Position numbers and translations under genes: made by a program. This document shows, in pieces, positions 1-9,975 of a stretch of DNA of 64,000 bases. Below the pieces are notes generated by a model that was not told the DNA's origin, ran no database searches, and worked only from the letters and a program-made list of their open reading frames with translations. The number at the start of each line of letters is the position of its first letter. The first letter of the stretch is position 1. The stretch spans positions 1,120,001-1,184,000 of the forward strand of contig CM000436.1 of assembly GCA_000165345.1 (NCBI GenBank), written 5' to 3'.

Positions 1-488
1 TTAATAATACAGAACTAAGTGCCGTTGAAAATTATAAGGTATGTTTGATTAAATATTCATAATATAAATTTTTAAATATTTAAAATAATTAAAAAATAAT
101 TATAATGTTAAAAAAAAATATATATATACATAGAAAAAACTGGAAGAACATAAAGACTTTTTGCATGAATCAATGACAAGTAAGTAATAATATACTTTAC
201 CAATTACTTTTTCCATAAATCTGGGAAATATATTAAATTCCCAGTTAAATAAAAAATAAAGATAATTAACTATAAAATCTTAATTTAGAATTTCTCAATT
301 CTTTATATGACGAATTAGAAAATTCAAGAGTGAATTTAGAAGCATCATGTGTAAGATCTTTACAAAGATATGGAGATTCAATCAAAAAATTGGAATCATT
401 AAAAAATCAGAATATGGAAAGCTCTCTCAAATTACAAAAAATGCAAAACATGATTCAGAAGTTCTCTGATAAAATTACTCAAGTTTAA
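1..488 (+). CDS. 3' terminal exons of a spliced gene encoding a coiled-coil protein (partial; 5' end outside window)
   Basis: Open frame ...SLYDELENSRVNLEASCVRSLQRYGDSIKKLESLKNQNMESSLKLQKMQNMIQKFSDKITQV* ends at TAA 486-488. It is preceded by a TTTAG acceptor at 284-288, and there are upstream GTATGT/GTAAGT donor-like sites at 39-44 and about 176. Exon boundaries upstream of 289 are tentative. Confidence 0.3.
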
Positions 489-515
489 TTATATATAAAG
501 AAAATGATATAAAAA

Positions 516-3500
516 TTAAATAATACTAGCTTTGATAATTTCAGAAATTTCCATCCTTTCATGATTACTAATCATATTTGAAAGAATATTAGAATTGTTT
601 GAGTTACCAGAAAATAATGGTAAGAGTCTTGAAACAATATATTTGTTATTCAAGTGGAATATTAGAAATTTAACTGGCCAAACCCACCAAAGTACTCTAG
701 ATTTAACTTGAGTTACATCTTCAAAATCGTAAATGTCAACAAGATCATTCTGTCTGAACCTATTATAATACAAAATAGAGAACTTATAAAGTTCTAATAT
801 AATTGTTTCCAAAATTGAATCAAATTGCTGAAGAGATACTCTGAAATTCATTCCGCTTCTAATACTTTGATTATTTTGATTGATAATGAGATCATAGGGC
901 ATAGAATTCTCACATAATCGTAATAGATCAGCTATATCAACCTCGAATAATATCGGAGATTCAAAGAAAAATGCTTGTTTAGTTCTGTATTCACATAATG
1001 ATGGAATTTTAATAATGATATGGTTTATAATTCTTGGTTGATTTTTTGAGTTTTCCATCAACCATTTAATTTCTGTAATAGATGAAAAGCCTGTCAAATT
1101 GTAAAATTCTGTAATAAATTCTAGTAAAGTTTCATCATTATGAACCATACTTTGGATATGGAAGATTCCCATAATCAAGCTTTTGAATATATCAATTCCT
1201 TCTTGAGAAATATCAACATTTTCATTTAAATGTGAGACTTCAATATTATTACCAACAGAAGTAGCAAAGATATCAAAAATTTGTTTGACTAGTGGATTAA
1301 TATTAACGTTTTGCTCTAATGCTGAGAGAATATAGTAATTAATAAACTCTGCAATCTGTAACAATATCTCTATCTGTGTATCTACATTAAAGATATCGTT
1401 TCTAATACTTTTAATAAATTCCTTATTCTTATCATCATTCATGTCTCTCTCAATACAAGTTTGAGATTGCAATAATAATGATCTTCTTTGAATTAATGTG
1501 GGATCTTGTTGCATTTTCAAAACCTGCAAGTGTATATCAGACAATAAATCAAAAATATTTTCAAGCCTTTTCCCACCTTGGATGAAACTTGAGCTAGAAA
1601 CTCTTCTTTTGTAATTCTCAAGGCTTTTTTTCATAAAATCTTGCATTTTAACGATTTCATCATTATTTACTTCTTTAAGTATAGTTGAAGAGCTCAAATC
1701 CTTCCCCCTTGAAACCGACTTTAATACATCTGATTGAGTTCTTAAAATCATTGAATTCACTCCAGGAGTAATTTTCCACAAAGCTCTAGACTTTGAGTAG
1801 TAATATTGACCAGCAGAAAGGTATTGCTTAGCATTATAAAGCAGATAACCCTGATCTTTCTTAAGATTATTTTCATTGTTGTAATTGTTAGAAATCAGTG
1901 CTAAACTATTATTTACACTTGGTTGATCATTTTCTAATTTATTAGTAAAATTATTGCTATATCTTTGCTTTGTCAACAAACCAGCTGTAGTATTGTCAAA
2001 ACTACCAGAAGTTTTAGTATTATTTATTAACCCTGGACTCTTTTGTTCTTTATTTTTATTACCTTTAATACTATATCTGTGGGTATCATTCAAATGAAAG
2101 TGCTCCAACCAATTCTTTAAATAAATTGAGTGCTCACTAAATTGAAATACTGATATACATAAATTCTTTATTAGCCAATTTTCCAATCTATCCCCGCCTT
2201 TTCTGCTAACTATTTCTTCATGTACCGTTTTTTGCATGCAAGAATCAATATATGACACGTAAGAAAATAAATAATAGTGGAGCCATTCTTTGCATGTGGA
2301 CAAAAATGATTTTTGGCTTTGTTTATTGAATTTTAAATTGTAATTGGACTCTTGTTGTTTAAGTCCGCAAAGAATGAATTCAATGATAGATGATTTTTTT
2401 TTAAGAATATTTTCTCTGTGATTTTTAAACGCAGAGAGTCTATCTTCAAGAAGTTGCTTTTCAGAAGCTGTGTTTGTATTTTTCAAATGATTGAATGAAA
2501 CATCTAGTTCTCTAAGATAGTCAAAAGATGGGTCATCGACAAGATCAACTTTTGAAAGGAACATTTCAATTTCCACGATATATTCACTATAAATTATATC
2601 CAAGGTATGTTGAAGATTTTGGTAAATCCATAGAGAACAATGGAATTCATAAGTATAAATGGATCTGACAGCATGGGTTATTGAAGAAGTTTTGCAGAAT
2701 TCAAGTAAAGTTTTGCACCCGCTTTGTTCGAAATTTACTATTATATCTTGAAAACTCATCAGCCTGTTGTTATATTGAGGCTCGCATTGATTGATTTCAA
2801 AAAGTAGAATAGAAAGGAAGTATTTAATGAAAGAGTTTGACTTTGAAATATGACTAGAAAATTCCGAAATTGAAGATGGAATGTGTATTTCAACTTTTTC
2901 TCCATTTGAAAGCCAAGGAGGTAGGAGTCCTGTATGATGAATGTATTCAGATTGGGAGTTAATTAGAGTAATAATGGATGGAATCTCCTTCTTGTAATAT
3001 AAAAGGCTCAAAACAATATTCAATGGTACCTCATAAATATTTTCAAATAAAATGGACATTATCTGTGGATGTGATGAATTCCCATGTTGTTCATTACCTT
3101 TGACTTTAGGTCTAGATACGCGAGTTAGGTTCCTACGAGCCAAAAAGTTCTCATTGTGAGATGCTTTATTTCTTTTGTTAATGATTACATCCTTATTTAA
3201 GGAAGATATGCTGTGCTCAATTGCAACCTGTTGAGATGTGATTAAAGAATATTTCGAATTTGATGGGATTGCAGACATATATTGGGATGCCGAAAGAATG
3301 TTATATCTGAATAATAGACGAAGAATAAATTGGAGTCCTTTATTATTTGATAATTCAAATAGTGTAAATTTCGTCAGTGATTTCTTCAAAATATCCATAT
3401 AAGTAAAACATAAAATTGCTTCGTTTGTTATCCTGGCATTATATTTCAGTCCAAGTGGATAAGTCTTACAGAAAAGATTCATCATTTCCAAAATTTCGAT

Positions 3501-6500
3501 GGTTTTTGAAACAAAGTTCTTAACTTCAATAAATAACTGAAGCTCAGAAATATTCAATAAAGAGTATGAATTAGAATTGGAATTAGAATTTGACTTTGAA
3601 TTAAAATTTGTGTTTGTTGAGTAATGATTTGCAAGATATACTTCATCTTCATTATTATTACGGTTAACCTCCACATTATAATTTGGGAACCACCAAGGTA
3701 ACAATAAATCTAAGAGGTTATTAATTGGTATTAAATTATTCTTCAGATGTGTAATATGTTCTTCTTTTAAAGATGAAAATATTGTCACTGAAATCGAATC
3801 ATTCATGGCAAAATCATTCGTATTATTTTCTGGAATAAGCCCATTGTCTTTGTTACTCATTTTTTTGCCATTATAAATTACTTCTGAAGATCCTGAAGTA
3901 TGAACTTGATTATGGGTTAACCAATCTGAAGCTTCAGATTTAAAGAATTCATTAATGCAAGAATTAATCTCCAATACCACATTCTTGTTTTTACAGCTAG
4001 AGGATTTCTGAATATTAGAGTCTTTCAATAAAAAAAAGCTGTTTTGATAAGAATGGCAGAAGTTGTCTGAACTATCAATCTGAGATTTAATAAATTCTGA
4101 AACAAATTTAAGACCATTATCATTTAATGAAAAATCTTTTGATTCAAACTCATCGTAATCATTGCTCTGATTAAGTTGATTCTTCAATAAATCATCTTCA
4201 TCAATGTATTTTGAAAAGTCTGAAGAATTTTTACTAATTAACTCAAAGCTAGTTTGTTGGAATAAAGGAATATCCCAAATACTCCTAATAATTCTTCCAA
4301 TTAGAAGAATTAGCCCTTTGCATCTAGGAGTAATAGCTAATTTGTGATTACAAGAATTAATACTCAAAAAGCAGTTCGAGTTTGACCTAGATTGTATATT
4401 TATATCTGTTAAAAGAGTAAGCCAAATCTTAATTAAAGTAATTGAAGGAAAGTCATTTTGAGCAAAATTCTTATCAAACATTTCAAAATCTTTATTTCTA
4501 ATATGGATTTCAAAAGGATTATCATTCTTGATATCGTTTGAGTAAAATCTTTGTATAAGTTCAGAATCGAGGATTTCTTTGGTATTCATTCCAATAATAC
4601 CTTGCCAAATTAAGGCAAAAAATTGTTCAAAAGTAATAGTTTGAGCAAAAGTACCTAAAAGTTTCATAACAAAAGTAATTGATCTATTATTTTGTAAACT
4701 ATCATCCTTAGATCTTCCTCCAAAAGATCTTAAACCATTCATTGGACTGAAACATTCATGATCATCAAAAACATTCATCATAAAAGAGTAATTATGTGGC
4801 TCCAAAGTCATCTTTGTAATAATATCCAAGAGCCTTTTTTTTTCCAAAATAAATATTCCCTTGGTTGAAATGATTGTCCAGTATCTACATTCAGTTATTT
4901 GATCTAAAATCAAGTCATTTAGTCCATTTGGAGGACATTGGGGAATGTTTATACCAAAAACAGAACATGATGTTGATGAATTCAAATATTTTTGAATTAA
5001 GCAATGTGGTTTGGCTTCTTCATTTGTTTCATTAGTATAAACAGACTTGGAACTTAATCTATTAAAGAAATATCTCCAAAGATGGAAAAATTTTGACCCA
5101 GAAGTTCTACATCCAAATCCTGATAAATTGTTATTAGAAAGTAGTTGATCGTGATTTGAAGCTGAAATATTTGGTCGAATTAAGAGGATTTCTTTCAAAT
5201 TATTATTTCCATAAGAAAATGGATTTGGAGTATTCCAAAGATTCTCGAATAATCTCTGGTATTTATTTGGTACATTTCTTTCTTGTATACTTAAAATAAG
5301 TCCCAAATTTGGATCAGAAAAAGAGTAATTCCATTCATTAAAGTAAGGAGGTGTATTTTGTACACTGGAAGATCCCAAATTTCTATTGGATAAATTCTTT
5401 GCAATAATTGTTTGATCAATACAAGAAGCTGATATACTTGAAGTAATTAATGATAATATTGCCTCATTATCATCACATAAATTCTCAGAAATTTCACCAA
5501 AATTCATTTCAGATCTTTGTGAAAAGATGGATTCTGGTAAATCTAAACCGTCTCCCATGTTTACAGTGGTTAAAATAGAAACTCCATTCGAATAAAGACT
5601 TGAATTAATCAATTTTTCTTCAGAATCTTCTGAGATTATCGAAGTTTTTTTAAACTCTTTAACTCTCATATTTATTGGAATTGAATAATTCAAATTATGT
5701 AGGAATTGATTATTAAATTGTGAATTAGAAACAAAGCAAGGTTTATTTCCACACTCAAAAACAGATTCTAAATATATACGATCTCCATGATCAGTAACTA
5801 AAATGGCATAAATAAAGTCACTTTCTTGTGGATTTGTGGGATGAATTGAATGAATATTAATATATGAAATAAAATTGGAGTTCTTCTTTTGTTGAATAAC
5901 TGATGATTGTTTCTTATTATAATTTGCATTAATTAATTTACTTAATTCACTTTTTAAAGTATTAATATTCAATCTAAATATTAAATTAATTGGTGTAAAA
6001 GAATTCGAGCTTAAAGTATTTGAACTTAAGTATTTTGTTAAAAAAGCACTTAAAGAATTTGAAGAATTTTCTTTTTCAATATAAGTTAAATCATCTGAGA
6101 TTTTTTTGATCAGAAAATTTCCTATTGGTATTAAAAATACATCAATATCTGAGTTCAAATAAAGCACATAAAGTAAACCTCTAAATTCATCAATAAACAT
6201 GGATTTAATACAACTCTGTGATTGACCAAAGAAATAATTTCGAATAAATCTTGGTAAATATGAAATAAAATTATTACCAGAAATCTTTATTAATCTAGCA
6301 AATGAATGGGTTTGATTATCATTATGAATAAATCCAGATATTTTCTGAACTTTTCTTTTTATCCAAGAATTTTCTTGTTCCATTGTATATTCATAAACAC
6401 TACCAGTATTACCACATCCGAGAAAAAATCTTCCTGAAGCTTGATGAGAAATAATCTTAGTAAAAGAAATATCTTTAAATCCAGAAAGAGAATGGTAACT

Positions 6501-7184
6501 ATCTTTTATACGATTAATAATATAATTTCCATTTGTATTTTTTATAATATTTAAAAGTATAATATAGTAATTCGTACAAACTAAAATTTTTATTAAAGAA
6601 GAGCTTTCATCCTCTATAGATCCAACACTGGTAATTATTGCTTTTTTATTGGTATTTTCTTGAAAGAATTCTTCAGTTTGAACAGAATATATGGGATCAT
6701 CTTTTGACCAATTCCAAAAAATTATCTCATTTTCATAATATATATAAAATATACTATGATTATTTAAAGTTTTTGATTTCAAAGCTAAATTTTCTGAAGA
6801 GAGTTTATAAATTAAATTTCTTCTATCATTGGAATCTTTTAAATTCAATTTCATACTTTTTAAATTATTTAAAATGGCTTGTTTAATTTTTTTGGGAAAA
6901 TATCCATTTAAAGCTTTAACTTCAAATGTTTCTGGTCGATATTCATAATCTGTTGAATAAATACCTTTAAGAAAATGGCTTAATTCAGAAAATTCTTCAT
7001 CTTGTTTAATACAAGAATTTAAAGAAATTCCAATAATATTAGATTTTGAAATGGTATCTAATGAATTATTTTCTTTATTCATTAAGTTTAAAGANTTCTC
7101 CATATTCTTTCCTCCTTTATTTATTTGGTTTCCAGTGTCAAATTGGAAAAAATCTTCATTTCTGGTACGAATATTATTAAACAT
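516..7184 (-). CDS. Giant 2222-aa protein. The N-terminal region resembles the beta-propeller of Nup155/Nup170-type nucleoporins; the rest is long and helical.
   Basis: Single uninterrupted ORF. The N-terminal segments IIFWNWSKDDPIYSV and AILVTDHGDRIYLES recall the Nup155 motifs (IFMWNYEDGG; TDNGRIFLAGKDG). The NSNSNSNS low-complexity tract is encoded by an (AATTAG/AATTGG)-like repeat at about 3570-3600. One N base lies in codon 29. Confidence 0.4.
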   Translation of the reverse strand: MFNNIRTRNEDFFQFDTGNQINKGGKNMEXSLNLMNKENNSLDTISKSNIIGISLNSCIKQDEEFSELSHFLKGIYSTDYEYRPETFEVKALNGYFPKKIKQAILNNLKSMKLNLKDSNDRRNLIYKLSSENLALKSKTLNNHSIFYIYYENEIIFWNWSKDDPIYSVQTEEFFQENTNKKAIITSVGSIEDESSSLIKILVCTNYYIILLNIIKNTNGNYIINRIKDSYHSLSGFKDISFTKIISHQASGRFFLGCGNTGSVYEYTMEQENSWIKRKVQKISGFIHNDNQTHSFARLIKISGNNFISYLPRFIRNYFFGQSQSCIKSMFIDEFRGLLYVLYLNSDIDVFLIPIGNFLIKKISDDLTYIEKENSSNSLSAFLTKYLSSNTLSSNSFTPINLIFRLNINTLKSELSKLINANYNKKQSSVIQQKKNSNFISYINIHSIHPTNPQESDFIYAILVTDHGDRIYLESVFECGNKPCFVSNSQFNNQFLHNLNYSIPINMRVKEFKKTSIISEDSEEKLINSSLYSNGVSILTTVNMGDGLDLPESIFSQRSEMNFGEISENLCDDNEAILSLITSSISASCIDQTIIAKNLSNRNLGSSSVQNTPPYFNEWNYSFSDPNLGLILSIQERNVPNKYQRLFENLWNTPNPFSYGNNNLKEILLIRPNISASNHDQLLSNNNLSGFGCRTSGSKFFHLWRYFFNRLSSKSVYTNETNEEAKPHCLIQKYLNSSTSCSVFGINIPQCPPNGLNDLILDQITECRYWTIISTKGIFILEKKRLLDIITKMTLEPHNYSFMMNVFDDHECFSPMNGLRSFGGRSKDDSLQNNRSITFVMKLLGTFAQTITFEQFFALIWQGIIGMNTKEILDSELIQRFYSNDIKNDNPFEIHIRNKDFEMFDKNFAQNDFPSITLIKIWLTLLTDINIQSRSNSNCFLSINSCNHKLAITPRCKGLILLIGRIIRSIWDIPLFQQTSFELISKNSSDFSKYIDEDDLLKNQLNQSNDYDEFESKDFSLNDNGLKFVSEFIKSQIDSSDNFCHSYQNSFFLLKDSNIQKSSSCKNKNVVLEINSCINEFFKSEASDWLTHNQVHTSGSSEVIYNGKKMSNKDNGLIPENNTNDFAMNDSISVTIFSSLKEEHITHLKNNLIPINNLLDLLLPWWFPNYNVEVNRNNNEDEVYLANHYSTNTNFNSKSNSNSNSNSYSLLNISELQLFIEVKNFVSKTIEILEMMNLFCKTYPLGLKYNARITNEAILCFTYMDILKKSLTKFTLFELSNNKGLQFILRLLFRYNILSASQYMSAIPSNSKYSLITSQQVAIEHSISSLNKDVIINKRNKASHNENFLARRNLTRVSRPKVKGNEQHGNSSHPQIMSILFENIYEVPLNIVLSLLYYKKEIPSIITLINSQSEYIHHTGLLPPWLSNGEKVEIHIPSSISEFSSHISKSNSFIKYFLSILLFEINQCEPQYNNRLMSFQDIIVNFEQSGCKTLLEFCKTSSITHAVRSIYTYEFHCSLWIYQNLQHTLDIIYSEYIVEIEMFLSKVDLVDDPSFDYLRELDVSFNHLKNTNTASEKQLLEDRLSAFKNHRENILKKKSSIIEFILCGLKQQESNYNLKFNKQSQKSFLSTCKEWLHYYLFSYVSYIDSCMQKTVHEEIVSRKGGDRLENWLIKNLCISVFQFSEHSIYLKNWLEHFHLNDTHRYSIKGNKNKEQKSPGLINNTKTSGSFDNTTAGLLTKQRYSNNFTNKLENDQPSVNNSLALISNNYNNENNLKKDQGYLLYNAKQYLSAGQYYYSKSRALWKITPGVNSMILRTQSDVLKSVSRGKDLSSSTILKEVNNDEIVKMQDFMKKSLENYKRRVSSSSFIQGGKRLENIFDLLSDIHLQVLKMQQDPTLIQRRSLLLQSQTCIERDMNDDKNKEFIKSIRNDIFNVDTQIEILLQIAEFINYYILSALEQNVNINPLVKQIFDIFATSVGNNIEVSHLNENVDISQEGIDIFKSLIMGIFHIQSMVHNDETLLEFITEFYNLTGFSSITEIKWLMENSKNQPRIINHIIIKIPSLCEYRTKQAFFFESPILFEVDIADLLRLCENSMPYDLIINQNNQSIRSGMNFRVSLQQFDSILETIILELYKFSILYYNRFRQNDLVDIYDFEDVTQVKSRVLWWVWPVKFLIFHLNNKYIVSRLLPLFSGNSNNSNILSNMISNHERMEISEIIKASII

Positions 7185-8002
7185 CAGAAATTAAATCAAT
7201 TAATAACAATAATAGTTATTTGAAAAGTTGTTTTTCTTCTTTATTCTTATAAAGAATGTAAAATAATTATGGTTATTAATTAATAATTACTTAATTTCCC
7301 ACCCTTTTTACTAATAATATTCGGTAATTATTTCATATCCAATATAATATATTATCAAAATAATAATAATAATAATAATGGCGATACTTTTCTTTTTAAT
7401 TTGTTGGGAAAAAAAAAGGATAAATCTTGAATAAAAAAGAATTAACAAGTTTTTTTTTTTATCAATACAATTTAATTAATATTTACATATACATTTGGCA
7501 ACTTTTTAATCAATGGATTTCTTAATATTTTTTTTAAAGAAAAAAAGAATATTATTATGGNAACTTTTTTTTTCTCAAATTATTTATATTGATTTAATTA
7601 AATATATAAGCATAAATGACGTGGGGTTGCGCGCGCAAATTATATTTTGAATTATAATATATATATACCGGTATCGTTATTACGTGGTACCAAGTAAATA
7701 TAAAATATATTATTTAATTTAAAAAAAAAAAAAAAAAAATATGTATATAATAGTAATAGGTAAAAAGTACATGAATAAGATAGATTGAAGAATAAATAAG
7801 TAAATAAATGAGTGGAAATAATAAGATCTATAAGTGTGTGTAAAAAAAAAAAAAGAAAAAGAAAACAATTCAAGAATATAATGGAAATACAGGTAAATTA
7901 ACAAATAACATGAAATAAAATTTACATGTGAATTAAAGGATAATTAAATAGATATAATGAATATATGTATGAGTAGTTGTGAATAATTGATAATGAAACA
8001 AA

Positions 8003-9462
8003 TTACTCCAATACAGAAACAATGGGTTTTTGTCTTTCTGGAAGTGGTTTTGATGAATCTTTGGTATGATCTCTAAGATTCTGTTCTCTTTTTTTCTTGG
8101 CATTAATCTGCACAAGTTTTCTTTCTTGAATTGATTTAATCATCTTTGGCACGTGATGATGTCTGGAAATCTTTTTAATTTCAGGTAAATGCTGGTATCT
8201 ATCAATAAGCTGATTTCTATAAGCTAATGTTTGTCTTTCTCTATAAGATCTGGGTCCAAGTGGTTGACTGGCTTCATTTTTTCCATAAACGAACACAAAA
8301 ATCAGATGAGCCACTCACAATAAATNTACCATCAGCAGTNAATTTAGTANCCCATACATTATGCATTCTTTTTGNATGATAAATATCTNTANAAGCACCT
8401 TGGTCAATATTAAAATATTCTNATAGTATTATNTNTTACTACCAGCAACAAAAACTGTTTCCCCATTGGTATTATTANTCAACATCTAAAAACAGCATGA
8501 ACCAAAACCTTTTANATNTAAAATCTANCCAATGGTTAAGCCTTTTCTTCATAATCAAAATGTTATATAACATTGTAAATNATCATTAAGCAATATTGTG
8601 AAATATTAATNGGTTGGTCTGGAGGCGTNCCAACAAATATGCCATTTGGATTTTATTTTGATNAAANAACNNTNNNTNANNCTGTTGATGATCTTATATC
8701 AAATAGTCCAACAGAATTATCAGAAGAAACTGTTGCAACAATATGAGGCTCACTTGGATTAATTTTTGCAGAATAAACAGTTTCATTTCCCCATTCAAAT
8801 TCTTGTAATGGCGTACTTCTATGACGATCCCATACATGCAAACCACCAACTCCACTACTTATTAATACACCACTATTCCAATGGTGATCTAAACTATATA
8901 ATTGATTATTTGCAAGAAATGTAGTTTCAGGAATAATTGCTTTTGAAAAGCTAGAAATATTATCATATCCATTAAATACATCCTCAACATTTCCTCCATC
9001 TTCTAATTCCATTAAATTCATTTCATTTACAGATTCTCTTTTAGATATTTTCCACATTTGTAATTTCTTATCGTCACCACATGAAAATAAATGCTTATCA
9101 TTATTTGTAACACATAATCCACGTACTGCTCCTTCATGTGCTCTAATCATATATTCACATCTTCTGCTACCTGCTAAATTCCAATATCTAATAGTTCCAT
9201 CAAATCCACCACTATATATATCAGAAAGATGATGATGAGCTCTTGCTAAACATTGAACAGTATCTGAATGACCCTCAAATACAGAAACCAAAGGCTTTGA
9301 AAACATTTTCCTTAATTTTACGCTCATTAATGCTCTGCTATATTCTCTAGCTTTCTCAAAAGGGTGGATATTTGGATCAGGATTATGATAAATCCTTTGT
9401 ACGGAACCTTTCGATCTATCTTGATATTTATTTACATCTCTTTGTAATACTTTAACTTTCAT
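8003..9462 (-). CDS. SOF1: Sof1/DCAF13 WD40 protein of the U3 snoRNP (SSU processome). The gene is interrupted by a run of ambiguous bases at 8315-8700.
   Basis: N-terminal ORF 8653-9462 begins MKVKVLQRDVNKYQDRSKG...HPFEKAREYSRALMSVKLRKMFSKPLVSVFEGHSDTVQC, matching the Sof1 N-terminus and WD repeats. C-terminal ORF 8003-8314 (...RHHHVPKMIKSIQERK...) matches the Sof1 C-terminal domain. The two parts are separated only by the N-rich low-quality stretch. Confidence 0.7.
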
Positions 9463-9742
9463 ATTTTCTATCTATCACTATTTAATAGTTGCCTTTTTAT
9501 ATTATAATATTAGTAAGTTTAATTTTCATTTAGTTTACAATCAAGTAACTATAAACTTAAAAATCTTGTAATTATCTAGAAGTAATTGTAATTCAATATA
9601 TCTTTTTATATTATAACTCCTTTTAAACTTCTTTTGATGTACAAGGCCTACTTGATATTTTTTTCTTTTTCTTCTAAATCTTTAATTTTTTTTTTCCTCC
9701 AATGTTCCTTTTGACTTTTTACAAATTTAAAAAATAATTTGT

Positions 9743-9757
9743 TGGCGCCGGCGCCAT
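9743..9757. promoter_or_regulatory. Tandem E2F-like site TTGGCGCCGGCGCCA, about 285 bp upstream of SOF1
   Basis: Read directly. Two overlapping GGCGCC hexamers. Confidence 0.5.
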
Positions 9758-9975
9758 CTGTCATGCGGACACGTAATAAATTTTTTTTAAAAATTACTAA
9801 ATACATGCAATACTAAAAAATAAATAAATAACAATCGTAATGAATCATCATAAATTGACAATATTAGATATATAAATTAATAATTTAAGTTTCATATAAA
9901 TAAATTAAATTGGATTTCTGTTGGTGAATATTATCGTAGAAATGAGTTGAAATATAATTGATGTAGTTATTAATA

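Noticed and set aside
7652-8115. Small ORFs 7652-7873, 7719-7904 and 7933-8115 on the minus strand in the spacer upstream of the giant gene
   Set aside because: The extremely AT-rich, homopolymer-laden sequence yields F/Y/I/L-rich pseudo-proteins with no coding periodicity. They overlap one another in different frames.
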